From positions 38,456 through 102,455 of the IMG/VR virus record IMGVR_UViG_3300045454_000060: a stretch of DNA of 64,000 bases. One strand, given 5' to 3'. Source of the DNA: a virus. Positions 55,524 through 64,000 of the stretch are shown here, piece after piece (position 1 is the first letter of the stretch; every line of letters begins with the position of its first letter). Both the position numbers and the translations under genes were made by a program. The notes below the pieces were generated by a model. That model had not been told where the DNA came from and did no database searches. It saw only the letters and a list, made by a program, of their open reading frames with translations.

Positions 55524-56856
55524 CCCGCTCGAAAGCCACGCACGCAGCCTGGCGCTGCAGGCGGGTTACGATCCCGACGGGCGCATCCCGAACCCGCTCA
55601 AGCCCGGCAAGACCATGCCGATCTGGACCACCTTCCGCCGGCATGCGCGCGAGGAGGCGATCGCCGACAGGCAGCGTTATCTGCACGCCCAGCGTGTCGA
55701 GGACCAGGACCCCGCCTATGCCGATGCGCCCCTGGCGGTGCTCGGCGTGCATGAGCCCGCCACCATCGAGCAGATGCGCGCCTGCATGCGGGTCGGCAAC
55801 GTGGTGGCCGGCGTGCTGTGCGCCGACGGGCATCTCGGCTACGCGATGCCGGTGGGCGGGGTGATCGCCTATGAGGGGCAGATCTCCATCTCGGGCGTGG
55901 GTTTCGACATCGCCTGCGGCAATCTCGCCGTGCGGCTCGACACGCGCTTCGACGCCATCAGGCATCGCACGGCGGACATCATGCATGCGATTCGCAAGGA
56001 GATCTCCTTCGGTGTCGGGCGCAGCAACGCGACCCTGGTCGAACATCCGCTGTTCGACGACGAGGAGCTCTGGATCAGCTCCGGGATGCGAGACTACAAG
56101 AGCAAGGCCCAGACCCAGCTCGGCACCGTCGGCTCCGGCAACCACTACATCGACCTGTTCCATGACGAGGACGGGCATGTCTGGATCGGCGTGCATTTCG
56201 GCTCGCGCGGGCTCGGGCACACGGCGGCGACGCGCTACCTCAAGGCTGCCGGCGGCAAGGACGGGATTCACGTGCCGCCAGTGGTGGTGAACGAGATGAG
56301 CGAGATCGGTGCGCGCTACCTCGCGGCGATGGTGCTTGCCGGGGACTATGCCTACGCCGGGCGGGAATGGGTGGTCGAGAGAGTGCGCTCGATCATCGGT
56401 GGCGAGGTGGTCGATCGCGTCCACAACCATCACAACTTCGCCTGGCAGGAGGAGGTGCTCGGCCGACGCTGCTGGGTGGTGCGCAAGGGCGCCACACCCG
56501 CCTATCAGGGGCAGCGCGGCTTCGTCGGCGGCAGCATGGGCGATCATGCCGTGATCCTCGTCGGCACAGGTCACCCCGCCGCACGACATGCGCTGTATTC
56601 CACCGTGCATGGCGCGGGCCGTGTGGTGTCGCGCAAGGAGGCGCATCGCCGCTTCACGCGCGAGCAGATGGCGCTTCGTCTCACGCAGGCGCAGGTGATG
56701 CTTTGGGGCGGCGATCTGGACGAAAGCCCGATGGCCTATCGTCGTCTGGACGAGGTGCTGCACCACCACCGACCGAGTGTGCGGATCGAGCGCACCCTGA
56801 CGCCCTTTGCCGTGCTGATGGCAGGGCCCGGCGAGTTCGACCCCTGGAAGGACTGA
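55510..56856 (+). CDS. rtcB: RtcB-family RNA ligase
   Basis: DGHLGYAMPVGG, GFDIACG, GSGNHY, HFGSRG, HNHHN, RKGAT, HGAGR, DESPMAYR. Confidence 0.95.
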   Translation: MRRPDPLESHARSLALQAGYDPDGRIPNPLKPGKTMPIWTTFRRHAREEAIADRQRYLHAQRVEDQDPAYADAPLAVLGVHEPATIEQMRACMRVGNVVAGVLCADGHLGYAMPVGGVIAYEGQISISGVGFDIACGNLAVRLDTRFDAIRHRTADIMHAIRKEISFGVGRSNATLVEHPLFDDEELWISSGMRDYKSKAQTQLGTVGSGNHYIDLFHDEDGHVWIGVHFGSRGLGHTAATRYLKAAGGKDGIHVPPVVVNEMSEIGARYLAAMVLAGDYAYAGREWVVERVRSIIGGEVVDRVHNHHNFAWQEEVLGRRCWVVRKGATPAYQGQRGFVGGSMGDHAVILVGTGHPAARHALYSTVHGAGRVVSRKEAHRRFTREQMALRLTQAQVMLWGGDLDESPMAYRRLDEVLHHHRPSVRIERTLTPFAVLMAGPGEFDPWKD

Positions 56857-56865
56857 GGAGGGATC

Positions 56866-57084
56866 ATGCCCAAGTTCACCGTGCGGCGCTACGTGGATGC
56901 TTCCGTGGTCTACGAGGCGGAAATCGAGGCGGAGGATGCGCATGCCGCGTCGCAGGCCGCGTTCGTGGATGAGGACGAGATCGCGTGGGAGGAGCGCCAC
57001 ACCATCACCTACGACGCGCGCAGTTTCGTCACGCTCGACCCGAAAACCTGGGACCCCATCCACGACACCACGATCGAGACCTGA
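56866..57084 (+). CDS. Hypothetical protein
   Basis: GAGGAGG SD. Confidence 0.6.
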   Translation: MPKFTVRRYVDASVVYEAEIEAEDAHAASQAAFVDEDEIAWEERHTITYDARSFVTLDPKTWDPIHDTTIET

Positions 57085-57086
57085 CC

Positions 57087-57272
57087 ATGACGCGCTATCT
57101 GGTCTTCCTCGGCGATGACTACTACCCGAAAGGCGGCTGGCGCGACTTCCAAGGCGCGTTCGACACGCTGCGGGAGGCACAGGCGCTCGTCCAACAACGC
57201 CTGCGCGAGAGGGGCTGGATGTGGGCGCACATCGTTGACACCGAGACCATGCAGATCGTGCAGGAGACGTGA
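57087..57272 (+). CDS. Hypothetical protein (YYPKGGWRDF family)
   Basis: Phage small-protein motif; coupled to the next gene. Confidence 0.65.
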   Translation: MTRYLVFLGDDYYPKGGWRDFQGAFDTLREAQALVQQRLRERGWMWAHIVDTETMQIVQET

Positions 57273-57583
57273 TGATGCAGGACGAGATGGTGACGATCTA
57301 CATCACCAAGTATGCACTGACGCAGGGCATCTACCAGGCGAGGGGCCGCATCTGCCACGAGGTCAACGACTCGATGGTCCAGGTGATCCCTGAGCGGGAG
57401 GGCATGGCGATGCCATACTACCTGCACGGCCGGGACTGGTGGCGCACTCCCGAGGAGGCCAGGCTCGACGCTGAGAGGCGCCGTCAGGAGGCGATCAAGA
57501 CCATCGAGAAGAAGCTCGCCAGGCTCAAGAGCATGACCTTCAAGATCAAGGTCAGGAAGGCAGGCGATGTCCAGGAGCAATGA
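57272..57583 (+). CDS. Hypothetical protein (ITKYALTQGI family)
   Basis: AGGAG SD; overlap. Confidence 0.65.
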   Translation: MMQDEMVTIYITKYALTQGIYQARGRICHEVNDSMVQVIPEREGMAMPYYLHGRDWWRTPEEARLDAERRRQEAIKTIEKKLARLKSMTFKIKVRKAGDVQEQ

Positions 57584-57731
57584 GCGGCACCGCCTGCGGC
57601 GGGAGCGCGAACTGACGCAACTGGCGCAGTGGGCGCAGGAGGACGAGGAACGCGAGGCGATTCGCTGGCTGATGGGCGAGGTCGAGGCGCTGAAGTCCCG
57701 CATCGCAGCCCTGGAATCGAAGGGGCCTTGA
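57567..57731 (+). CDS. Small helical hypothetical protein
   Basis: 54-aa ORF below the track cutoff: MSRSNERHRL..ESKGP. Confidence 0.5.
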   Translation: MSRSNERHRLRRERELTQLAQWAQEDEEREAIRWLMGEVEALKSRIAALESKGP

Positions 57732-57769
57732 CATCGCACTTGATCACCAGTCAGCACTGAGCGATAAGC

Positions 57770-58132
57770 ATGTCAGGGATGCCGCAGCAGAGGAGCTTGC
57801 GCGTGAACACGGAAGCGATCGGCCCCTGGAGCCGGGAGGACTACGAGTGCGCCGCGCGGGAGGGCTGGGGTCTGTTCAAGACCTCGAACAGCGAGAATGG
57901 CGATTGGCAGGTGCAGCGCCTCGACGATGCGCTCGACGCCAGTGAGGCGTTCGGCTTCGCCGTGCCGCAGTTGGACAACGACGAGAGCGCCTGGGCCCTG
58001 TTCAGGGCCGCCTACGAGCGCGGCGAGAGCCACGCCGTCAAGCTCTACGGCTTCCTCCGCGAGCACTCGCCCGCCGAGTTCCAGTTCATGGGGGCCGAGT
58101 CGTGGCGGCGAACCAGCAACAAGGAGCTCTGA
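57770..58132 (+). CDS. Hypothetical protein
   Basis: AAREGWGLF..QRLDD; start may be GTG 57803 after GAGGAG. Confidence 0.65.
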   Translation: MSGMPQQRSLRVNTEAIGPWSREDYECAAREGWGLFKTSNSENGDWQVQRLDDALDASEAFGFAVPQLDNDESAWALFRAAYERGESHAVKLYGFLREHSPAEFQFMGAESWRRTSNKEL

Positions 58133-58134
58133 GC

Positions 58135-58524
58135 ATGGACGAGAACGTCAACACCATCGCGCACTACATCGGGCTGTTCGAGACGCGGCTGCAGATGCTG
58201 CGCGACCTGCACGCGCGCACCGGGCCCGACAAGGCGCTCTACGTCACCTCTGCCGAGATCGGCTTCCTGGTGCTCTGCTGGTCGGAGGACGAGACCCTGG
58301 TGCGCCTGGGGGCGGCCGAAGACCCGACCGCCATCATCGCCGGCCCCCACACCGACCGGCTGATGCATCGCTGGAACCTCAAGCCGGAGGTGATCGCCAA
58401 CAAGCTCGCGGTCAGCACGCGCCCGATGCGCGACGTTCTCCAGGACGTGATCGGCCAACTCGAGAACACCCTGAACTACCTGCGCAGCGCCGAGCAGACG
58501 CAGCAGGATGGAGGGCAGGCATGA
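58135..58524 (+). CDS. Hypothetical protein
   Basis: AAGGAG SD. Confidence 0.65.
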   Translation: MDENVNTIAHYIGLFETRLQMLRDLHARTGPDKALYVTSAEIGFLVLCWSEDETLVRLGAAEDPTAIIAGPHTDRLMHRWNLKPEVIANKLAVSTRPMRDVLQDVIGQLENTLNYLRSAEQTQQDGGQA

Positions 58525-58781
58525 TGCCACTCGACGACGCCGAGAGCTTCGACGAAGATCGCCAGAATAATCTGGCGCACTGTGACGCCTGCGGTCGCCC
58601 TACGCATGTGACTCTGCTCGACGGCAAGCCAGATCCGAACGACCCTCCGAACTGGAATCGCATCGAGTGCATGGAGTGTTACGGCCCCGGCTGGGCTTGC
58701 GTCTATCCAGAGGGGCACCCCGAACGACTGAAGGCCGAGCGTCTGACGAAGCTCTGGCGAATGCAGGAGAGTCAGGCATGA
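58521..58781 (+). CDS. Small zinc-ribbon protein
   Basis: CDAC..CMEC; ATGA overlap. Confidence 0.6.
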   Translation: MMPLDDAESFDEDRQNNLAHCDACGRPTHVTLLDGKPDPNDPPNWNRIECMECYGPGWACVYPEGHPERLKAERLTKLWRMQESQA

Positions 58782-58903
58782 AGCCGCCGCCCCTTCGCTT
58801 CGCGCGCAAGGGCGTGGGGCCAGGTGCTGTTCTGACGCTCGTGCTCGGCCTGCTGACTGCGGTGCTTCCGCTGATCGCGATGCTCGCGTCGGTCTGTCGC
58901 TGA
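58778..58903 (+). CDS. Small single-TM protein
   Basis: ATGA overlap; hydrophobic C-terminal half. Confidence 0.45.
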   Translation: MKPPPLRFARKGVGPGAVLTLVLGLLTAVLPLIAMLASVCR

Positions 58904-58942
58904 CAGGCTTTTCACCGTCCAGGCCAGCCACAGGAAGAACCG

Positions 58943-59410
58943 ATGCCCGTCGAGTTCCGCAAGCGGATCACCCGCTCAATGCTGCGCGCCGAGCCCGATG
59001 CGCTGTTCGTGTTCGGCGACTGCATCGCCGGTTGGGGACTCGGCGGCCAGGCCAAAGAGATGCGCGGCGAACCCAACGCCGTCGGCATTCCCACCAAGTG
59101 GAAGCCCTACATGACACCCGAAGCCTTCTTCCGCGACGAGGATCTGCCGATCGTGAAGGAGCGCATCGTCGCGCCATTCGACCGCCTGCATCAGCAGCTC
59201 GCCCGCTTCGGCAAGGTCGTTCTGCCGGCCGACGGCATCGGCACGGGTCTGGCGCGCCTCGACCAGCACGCCCCCGCCATCAAGCGTCTGATCGACCTGG
59301 AGATCGAAGGTCTCGTGACGGCATCCAGGCACTACGACGACCTGCTGCCGAAGACCCACAGCACTCACGGCGAATGCACTGGACAGGCGACAGTGGAAAA
59401 GAAAACCTAA
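58943..59410 (+). CDS. Conserved phage protein (FVFGD..GGQA..GIPTK..DGIGTGLA)
   Basis: Macro-like signature; function uncertain. Confidence 0.75.
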   Translation: MPVEFRKRITRSMLRAEPDALFVFGDCIAGWGLGGQAKEMRGEPNAVGIPTKWKPYMTPEAFFRDEDLPIVKERIVAPFDRLHQQLARFGKVVLPADGIGTGLARLDQHAPAIKRLIDLEIEGLVTASRHYDDLLPKTHSTHGECTGQATVEKKT

Positions 59411-59899
59411 TCCAATCAATAACTTACAGGGATTTTGTCCAGTTTTTTCCACGCTCAGGGACACGTGCTCACCGCGCAAGATTCTTTCAAATCCCGAAAA
59501 CCCGCAGACGGCCAGGCAATCCGCGCAAGCCGACCCGACAAATAGGTCAGGCACACTAACCTACTTGCTCGCTGCCAGCTAGGTCACAAGCCGAAATCCC
59601 AGATCGAACCTTCACACCGATCCCAGGTCGGCGGTCAGGTGAGGCGCAAGCCAGCATAAGAACCGAGGAGCTGCGCCATGGCGCTCCACGTCGCTCAGCC
59701 AAGTCCAACCACAATGAATGATCCACGGACCCCGGGAAGCCTAATCACCAACAAGCGCCAATAACGCCATCAACCAATCAACGCCACGAACAACCAAGTT
59801 AAATCCGCAATTTAGCTGTTGTTCACCACTCAGGGCTGAGCGATAGTCCCGTTGTCAGCAACGCGATCAAGCGTAGCGACATGCCAGAGGAGAACAACA

Positions 59900-60526
59900 A
59901 TGACCACGAAGATGATCTTCGAGGCGACCCCGGAGCAGATCGACGCGACCCGGAAGAACCTGCTCGACGCCATCGACGAGCGCACCCGTTTCGAGCAGAG
60001 CCTCGTCACCGACGCCTTCGACAACGCCTCGATCCTGCGCTTCCTCGACCGCTACCGGAAGCATGCGTCCAAGCTCGACGCCTTCTCGCTGGGGTGGGCC
60101 GCCAGCCACAACTTCGACTTCATCAGCCACCTCAACTCGACGCGCTATGAGGGGGCCAGGTTCAACGTCTACGCCATGCCGAAGCTGCACGACCTGATGC
60201 GCGTCCTCAACGGGGGCTCCTGGCAGAACCTCGAGGACTCCGACGCTGCCACGCTCGCCGGCACCGTGATCGCGCTGAAGAACGGCGTCACCGCCGGCAA
60301 GCAGATCGCCAACGCCCTCGATGATTTCATGAACACGACCGCACAGCGCACGGGCTACAAGAGCGGCTCGACGCAGAGCGGCTCGTCGCTCAGGGCGCTC
60401 GAGGCGATCGGCGCCGTCAAGAAGACGGGTGCGCGCACCTGGGAGATCGCGGATCAGAAGATGATCGGCGTGCTGATGCGCGCGATCAGGAAGGTGCTTC
60501 CCAGGAAGGAGGGCGAGACGGAGTAG
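59900..60526 (+). CDS. Winged-helix-like hypothetical protein
   Basis: GAGGAG SD; GYKSGSTQSGSSLRALEAIG. Confidence 0.75.
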   Translation: MTTKMIFEATPEQIDATRKNLLDAIDERTRFEQSLVTDAFDNASILRFLDRYRKHASKLDAFSLGWAASHNFDFISHLNSTRYEGARFNVYAMPKLHDLMRVLNGGSWQNLEDSDAATLAGTVIALKNGVTAGKQIANALDDFMNTTAQRTGYKSGSTQSGSSLRALEAIGAVKKTGARTWEIADQKMIGVLMRAIRKVLPRKEGETE

Positions 60527-60554
60527 CCGCAAGCACGGTAGATCGCCGACACGG

Positions 60555-60595
60555 AAAGGGCGGGAGCGTCGTAAAGGGCGCCCCGCCTTTTCTTG
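60555..60595 (+). terminator. Intrinsic terminator
   Basis: AAAGGGCGGG..CCCGCCTTTTCTT. Confidence 0.6.
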
Positions 60596-61798
60596 TGTTC
60601 ATACGCACGCCACGGATCCCAAAGGTTTCCAGGTTCGGCGCAGAACGGCGCTGGAACGAGGGATTTGATGTGCCCTCGGTGCATCTGAAGCCGTGGTTGG
60701 GGGCGAGAGTTTGGTTTCTGGTGCGGTTCCAGAGCCTGGCTACGAAAGACGATGCGGTGAGGCTAACGACATGACTATCGGGGCTGATCCATGTGTGATG
60801 ACTGGAAGGCATGGCTATAGGAGATGGTTTGTGTGCGCGCGGCGCCTACCCCAACAGCCGCCCCGCTCCACGGCCCACCTTGCTGCACTGCACCAGAGCC
60901 GCACCAAACCGCCCCGCCATGGCCAGCCGCGGTGCGCCACCCCACACCATCACTCTCGCACCATCACCCCACCCGCGCCCCTGCCATCTGCCGCCCCTGC
61001 CAGACTGCCGGCAGAAACCGTCAACGCTAATGCCGAAAATCTCGCGCTGGAATGCGCTGCGGCACGTTGCCGCTACCCCCCTAGCGGGAAACGCTTGACC
61101 CCACTCAGCGACGCTTAGAACGCGATTGCGAGGGGTGTGCGCCACGGCGTTGCCGCATGCCCCGCACCATGGTGCGCACCGAGGCGACCCGGGATTTGCC
61201 CCTTGCACGCCATTCAGCGCTGAGCGATAACGGGACATGCCGCAGCGCGCGGCTGACGTGAATGGCAGCAAGGGAGTGCCCGTCTCATGAAGCACCTGTA
61301 GCAAAGGTCACCCAACATCGGCGCAAGAAGGGCAAGACTGAAAGCGGCGCCCCCACCGCTATGGCAAAACGGGGAACTGAACTGGTCGAGGTGGGGCGGG
61401 GAAGAACGGTTTTCCCCGCCCCATTCGCGTTGAAGGCCGTATTGAACAGGCACACGAGCCGTGGCGCAAGAAAGTTACCATTAACCGCGGAGCGCCTTTT
61501 GCAAAAATTATCCGCTCACCGCGGTTCCCGCTAACATTATTGCTCAACCACCGCAGAACGGCGACCAGGTTCGGCTGGGGGCGGCGCAGGGACTTAGGGT
61601 CAGCCATGGCCCAACCATGGTTCACCGCGGCGCACCACAGCGCACCATCGCCACTCGCCCGTCATCAACCGCCCCGCCAGAACACGCCAGACACGCCAAA
61701 AACGCGCCTGAAATCAACGCTTTACCGCCTCTGCCGCATGTGCGACTCTGTGACTGTCAGCGATGACTGACGGACACTGCCAGAGGGAAACACAGACC

Positions 61799-61945
61799 AT
61801 GAAGCGAGTGATCACGGTGAAGCAGGCGCGTCTGGCCGAGCGCATCGAGCGCAAGGAGATCGAGCGGGCGCGCGAGCGGGCGCTCAGGCAGGCACGCCGC
61901 CGCAAGGGGGCCGAGTTCGCCCTGCTGCTCAAGGCGAAGGTCTGA
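61799..61945 (+). CDS. Small basic protein
   Basis: GAGGG SD. Confidence 0.55.
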   Translation: MKRVITVKQARLAERIERKEIERARERALRQARRRKGAEFALLLKAKV

Positions 61946-61955
61946 GGAGGGGCGA

Positions 61956-62213
61956 ATGCGCAGATGCGTGTCGGTGTTCCTGAACGATCCCAGGACCCCC
62001 AAGGAGCCGCTGCCGGCGCTGATCGGCTACAGCGAGCGCGTCCGGGGCCACGTCTACGAGGCGTGGCAGAGGGGCGATCACCGCTACGTGCTGATCAGAG
62101 CGGAGATGCGCGCGGGCGATGACCACGAGGAAGTCGAGCTCGCCGTGCTCTCGAGCGAGGAGGAGGCGATCGCGGCGCTCTTGCGCGCGGTGCGCACGGC
62201 GCTGAGCGACTGA
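61956..62213 (+). CDS. Hypothetical protein
   Basis: GAGGAGG SD. Confidence 0.65.
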   Translation: MRRCVSVFLNDPRTPKEPLPALIGYSERVRGHVYEAWQRGDHRYVLIRAEMRAGDDHEEVELAVLSSEEEAIAALLRAVRTALSD

Positions 62214-62630
62214 GGAACGGTTGGGGGGGGGGGCGGGATGCCGCCCTTCCCCGCGCTTGCAGGGGCATCATGGCGCGGTGTGACGCGGTGCGGCGCCGGA
62301 TGGTTTCCAGGTTCGGCTGGGGACGGCGCAAGAACCTAGGATCGCCACGAGTCGCCATGGCGCACCGCGGGCGCGTCTAACTTTTGAGAGCGACCCTGTT
62401 CAGACCCCTTGGGCGATCCATGAAAAAGCCGCGGCTAACCGCCAATCTCAGAAAGTGAGACAAACCGCGCCGCGGCGCTTCCCGCTCGAGCCGTGCCAGC
62501 CGATCCCCAGCCTCATCCCGCCCGCACATCACCCAGACATCGCCGCAACATCGCGCTTGCGACCCTACCTCACTGCTGACATAGTGCCGAACGTCAGCAA
62601 TGACGCTGACACTGCCAAGGGACAGCACAC

Positions 62631-62918
62631 ATGACCGAGACTGCCAAGACGATTCCCGTGATGCACTCCATGATCGACATGGGGGGCAATCGCGCCACCG
62701 TCACCTTCGGGGGCGAGCCCGTCGCGCATGTGTTCCGCGCCGAGGGGTTCTGGAACGTGAAGTCCGCGCTGACCGGGGAACTGCTGCTGCCGCGCGAGCC
62801 GCACACGCTGCAGATCAACGATCAGCGCACCGGGGCGACCCGCCGCGATGTCCCCATGGGGGTCATCCTCGACAAGCTGCGCCGCAAGCTCGTGCGCCTG
62901 CACGTCGAGCGGGGCTGA
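62631..62918 (+). CDS. Hypothetical protein
   Basis: AAGGGA SD after the repeated promoter. Confidence 0.65.
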   Translation: MTETAKTIPVMHSMIDMGGNRATVTFGGEPVAHVFRAEGFWNVKSALTGELLLPREPHTLQINDQRTGATRRDVPMGVILDKLRRKLVRLHVERG

Positions 62919-62978
62919 TCGGCCGATCACCGGGAGGGGCATGACCGCCCCTCCCACTCAGCGATGAGGAGATATGTG

Positions 62979-63194
62979 ATGCATGAGACTGAGGCAGAGT
63001 GCAACCGCGCGCAGTTCCGCCAGTTCCGCGACTGGCACGGCGCGCTCAAGGCGCGGCTGCCGGCGGGCATGCGCATCGACATGGTGGCGCTGCTCGGCCG
63101 CTTCCTCGTCTATGTCGGCCATCGCGACCACTTCGTCGCCGACATGCTGCGCGACCCCCAGGTGGTGAAGCCCCAGGAAAGGAGGGCGGCATGA
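62979..63194 (+). CDS. Hypothetical protein
   Basis: GAGGAG SD within ORF 62964-63194. Confidence 0.6.
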   Translation: MHETEAECNRAQFRQFRDWHGALKARLPAGMRIDMVALLGRFLVYVGHRDHFVADMLRDPQVVKPQERRAA

Positions 63195-63403
63195 TGGCGC
63201 TCAGGTATCTGCCGGTCAGCATGTGCTGGGCGTTCCTGTTCGGCGAGCGGATCGCGACGGCGCAGATCATCGAGATGGGCGGCTATGGGCGCGTGTTCCA
63301 GACGCGCGACGAGGCGGTCTGGGTGGCGAACGCGCTCAGGCTGAACGTGGCGCAGGACGGGCGCGTGAGCGTGCAGGAGCAGGAACAGGCGCAGGCGGGG
63401 TGA
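63191..63403 (+). CDS. Hypothetical protein
   Basis: AAGGAGG SD; ATGA overlap. Confidence 0.6.
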   Translation: MMALRYLPVSMCWAFLFGERIATAQIIEMGGYGRVFQTRDEAVWVANALRLNVAQDGRVSVQEQEQAQAG

Positions 63404-63764
63404 GGACGGCGCAGAGCGGGCGGTTTTCAGGTTCGGCTGGGGGCGGCGCAGGGATCTAGGAGGGCGCGGCGTCGCATCGGCTTGATCGGTTTCCCATGGC
63501 AGGGAAACTTGCGGGCTGGCTAGCGGGCTTGGTGACAGGCAAGCTGGCTGGCCCGCTTTTTTTGCGGCTGGCACGCCGCGGTGAACCATGGCGCGCCATG
63601 GCGGGCCGCGGCTGGCAGTGGGGCGCACTCGAGCCGTGCTGCGCCTGAGATGTCATCTGACATCGCCTGAAGATCGCCTGATTTTCCCGCTTGCGAGCCT
63701 ACCTCACTGCTGACAGAGTGCGTTCTGTCGGCAATGACGCTGACGCTGCCAAGGGAATGCACCT

Positions 63765-64000
63765 ATGACGACGTTCACGATCGAGTTCTACCGCGAGGGG
63801 TTCCAGACGCGCGGGGCGCAGGTTGCGCGTGCCGATTTCGCAGGGGGCCTCGATGAGACCTACCGCGTCGAGTGCTGGCACACGATCGAAGGCCGCTTCC
63901 GCGTCGAGCTCTACGCCTTGGAACACGATGAGGAGAGCGTCGGGGAGCTCTACGCGGGGGACACCTGGGAAGGGGCGATCGCCTTCATGATCAGCTACCT
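63765..64000 (+). CDS. Hypothetical protein, runs off the window end
   Basis: MTTFTIEFYREG.. open to the end; same promoter/SD block as 62631. Confidence 0.6.
   Translation, partial: MTTFTIEFYREGFQTRGAQVARADFAGGLDETYRVECWHTIEGRFRVELYALEHDEESVGELYAGDTWEGAIAFMISY

Larger units (their letters stand above)
59620..63765 (+). repeat. Dispersed intergenic repeat units with a CAGGTTCGGC..CGGCGCA core
   Basis: Cores at 60630, 61566, 62308, 63428 (degenerate at 59624); 62553-62621 is nearly identical to 63688-63756. Confidence 0.75.

Overview
GC-rich (roughly two-thirds G+C by eye), gene-dense segment of a large temperate phage that appears to be maintained as a plasmid (phage-plasmid). The host is probably an alphaproteobacterium; this is an inference. 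From left to right: (1) lysis genes (holin-like, GH24 endolysin), a metallophosphoesterase and phoH; (2) DnaB-type helicase and primase; (3) a minus-strand plasmid module with repA, an iteron/DnaA-box origin, ParA plus an RHH adaptor, a chromosomal-type parS site and an XRE repressor; (4) a long replication, recombination and nucleotide-metabolism block: vWA/AAA+ pair, sigma-like protein, DnaE fused to a UDG-like domain, gp32-like SSB, 5'-3' exonuclease, intein-containing RecA, Nudix, DNA ligase, SbcD/SbcC, RuvC-like resolvase, MTase, NrdJ-glutaredoxin fusion, ThyX, dUTPase, kinase, DnaQ and dCMP deaminase; (5) about 22 kb of small accessory genes including two RNA ligases. The gene set recalls SSU5/pHCM2-type phage-plasmids. 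No virion genes, tRNAs or CRISPR arrays were seen. The most notable unexplained signals are about 30 mostly intergenic TCA-N4-TGA palindromes in promoter positions, a repeated-spacer gene-cassette array at 59.4-64 kb, a structured RNA with an antisense 24-aa peptide at 3.5-3.8 kb, a shared C-terminal WGxW tag on three unrelated proteins, and a 6x9-nt repeat leader on the SSB gene. All calls come from reading motifs by eye; no database searches were run.
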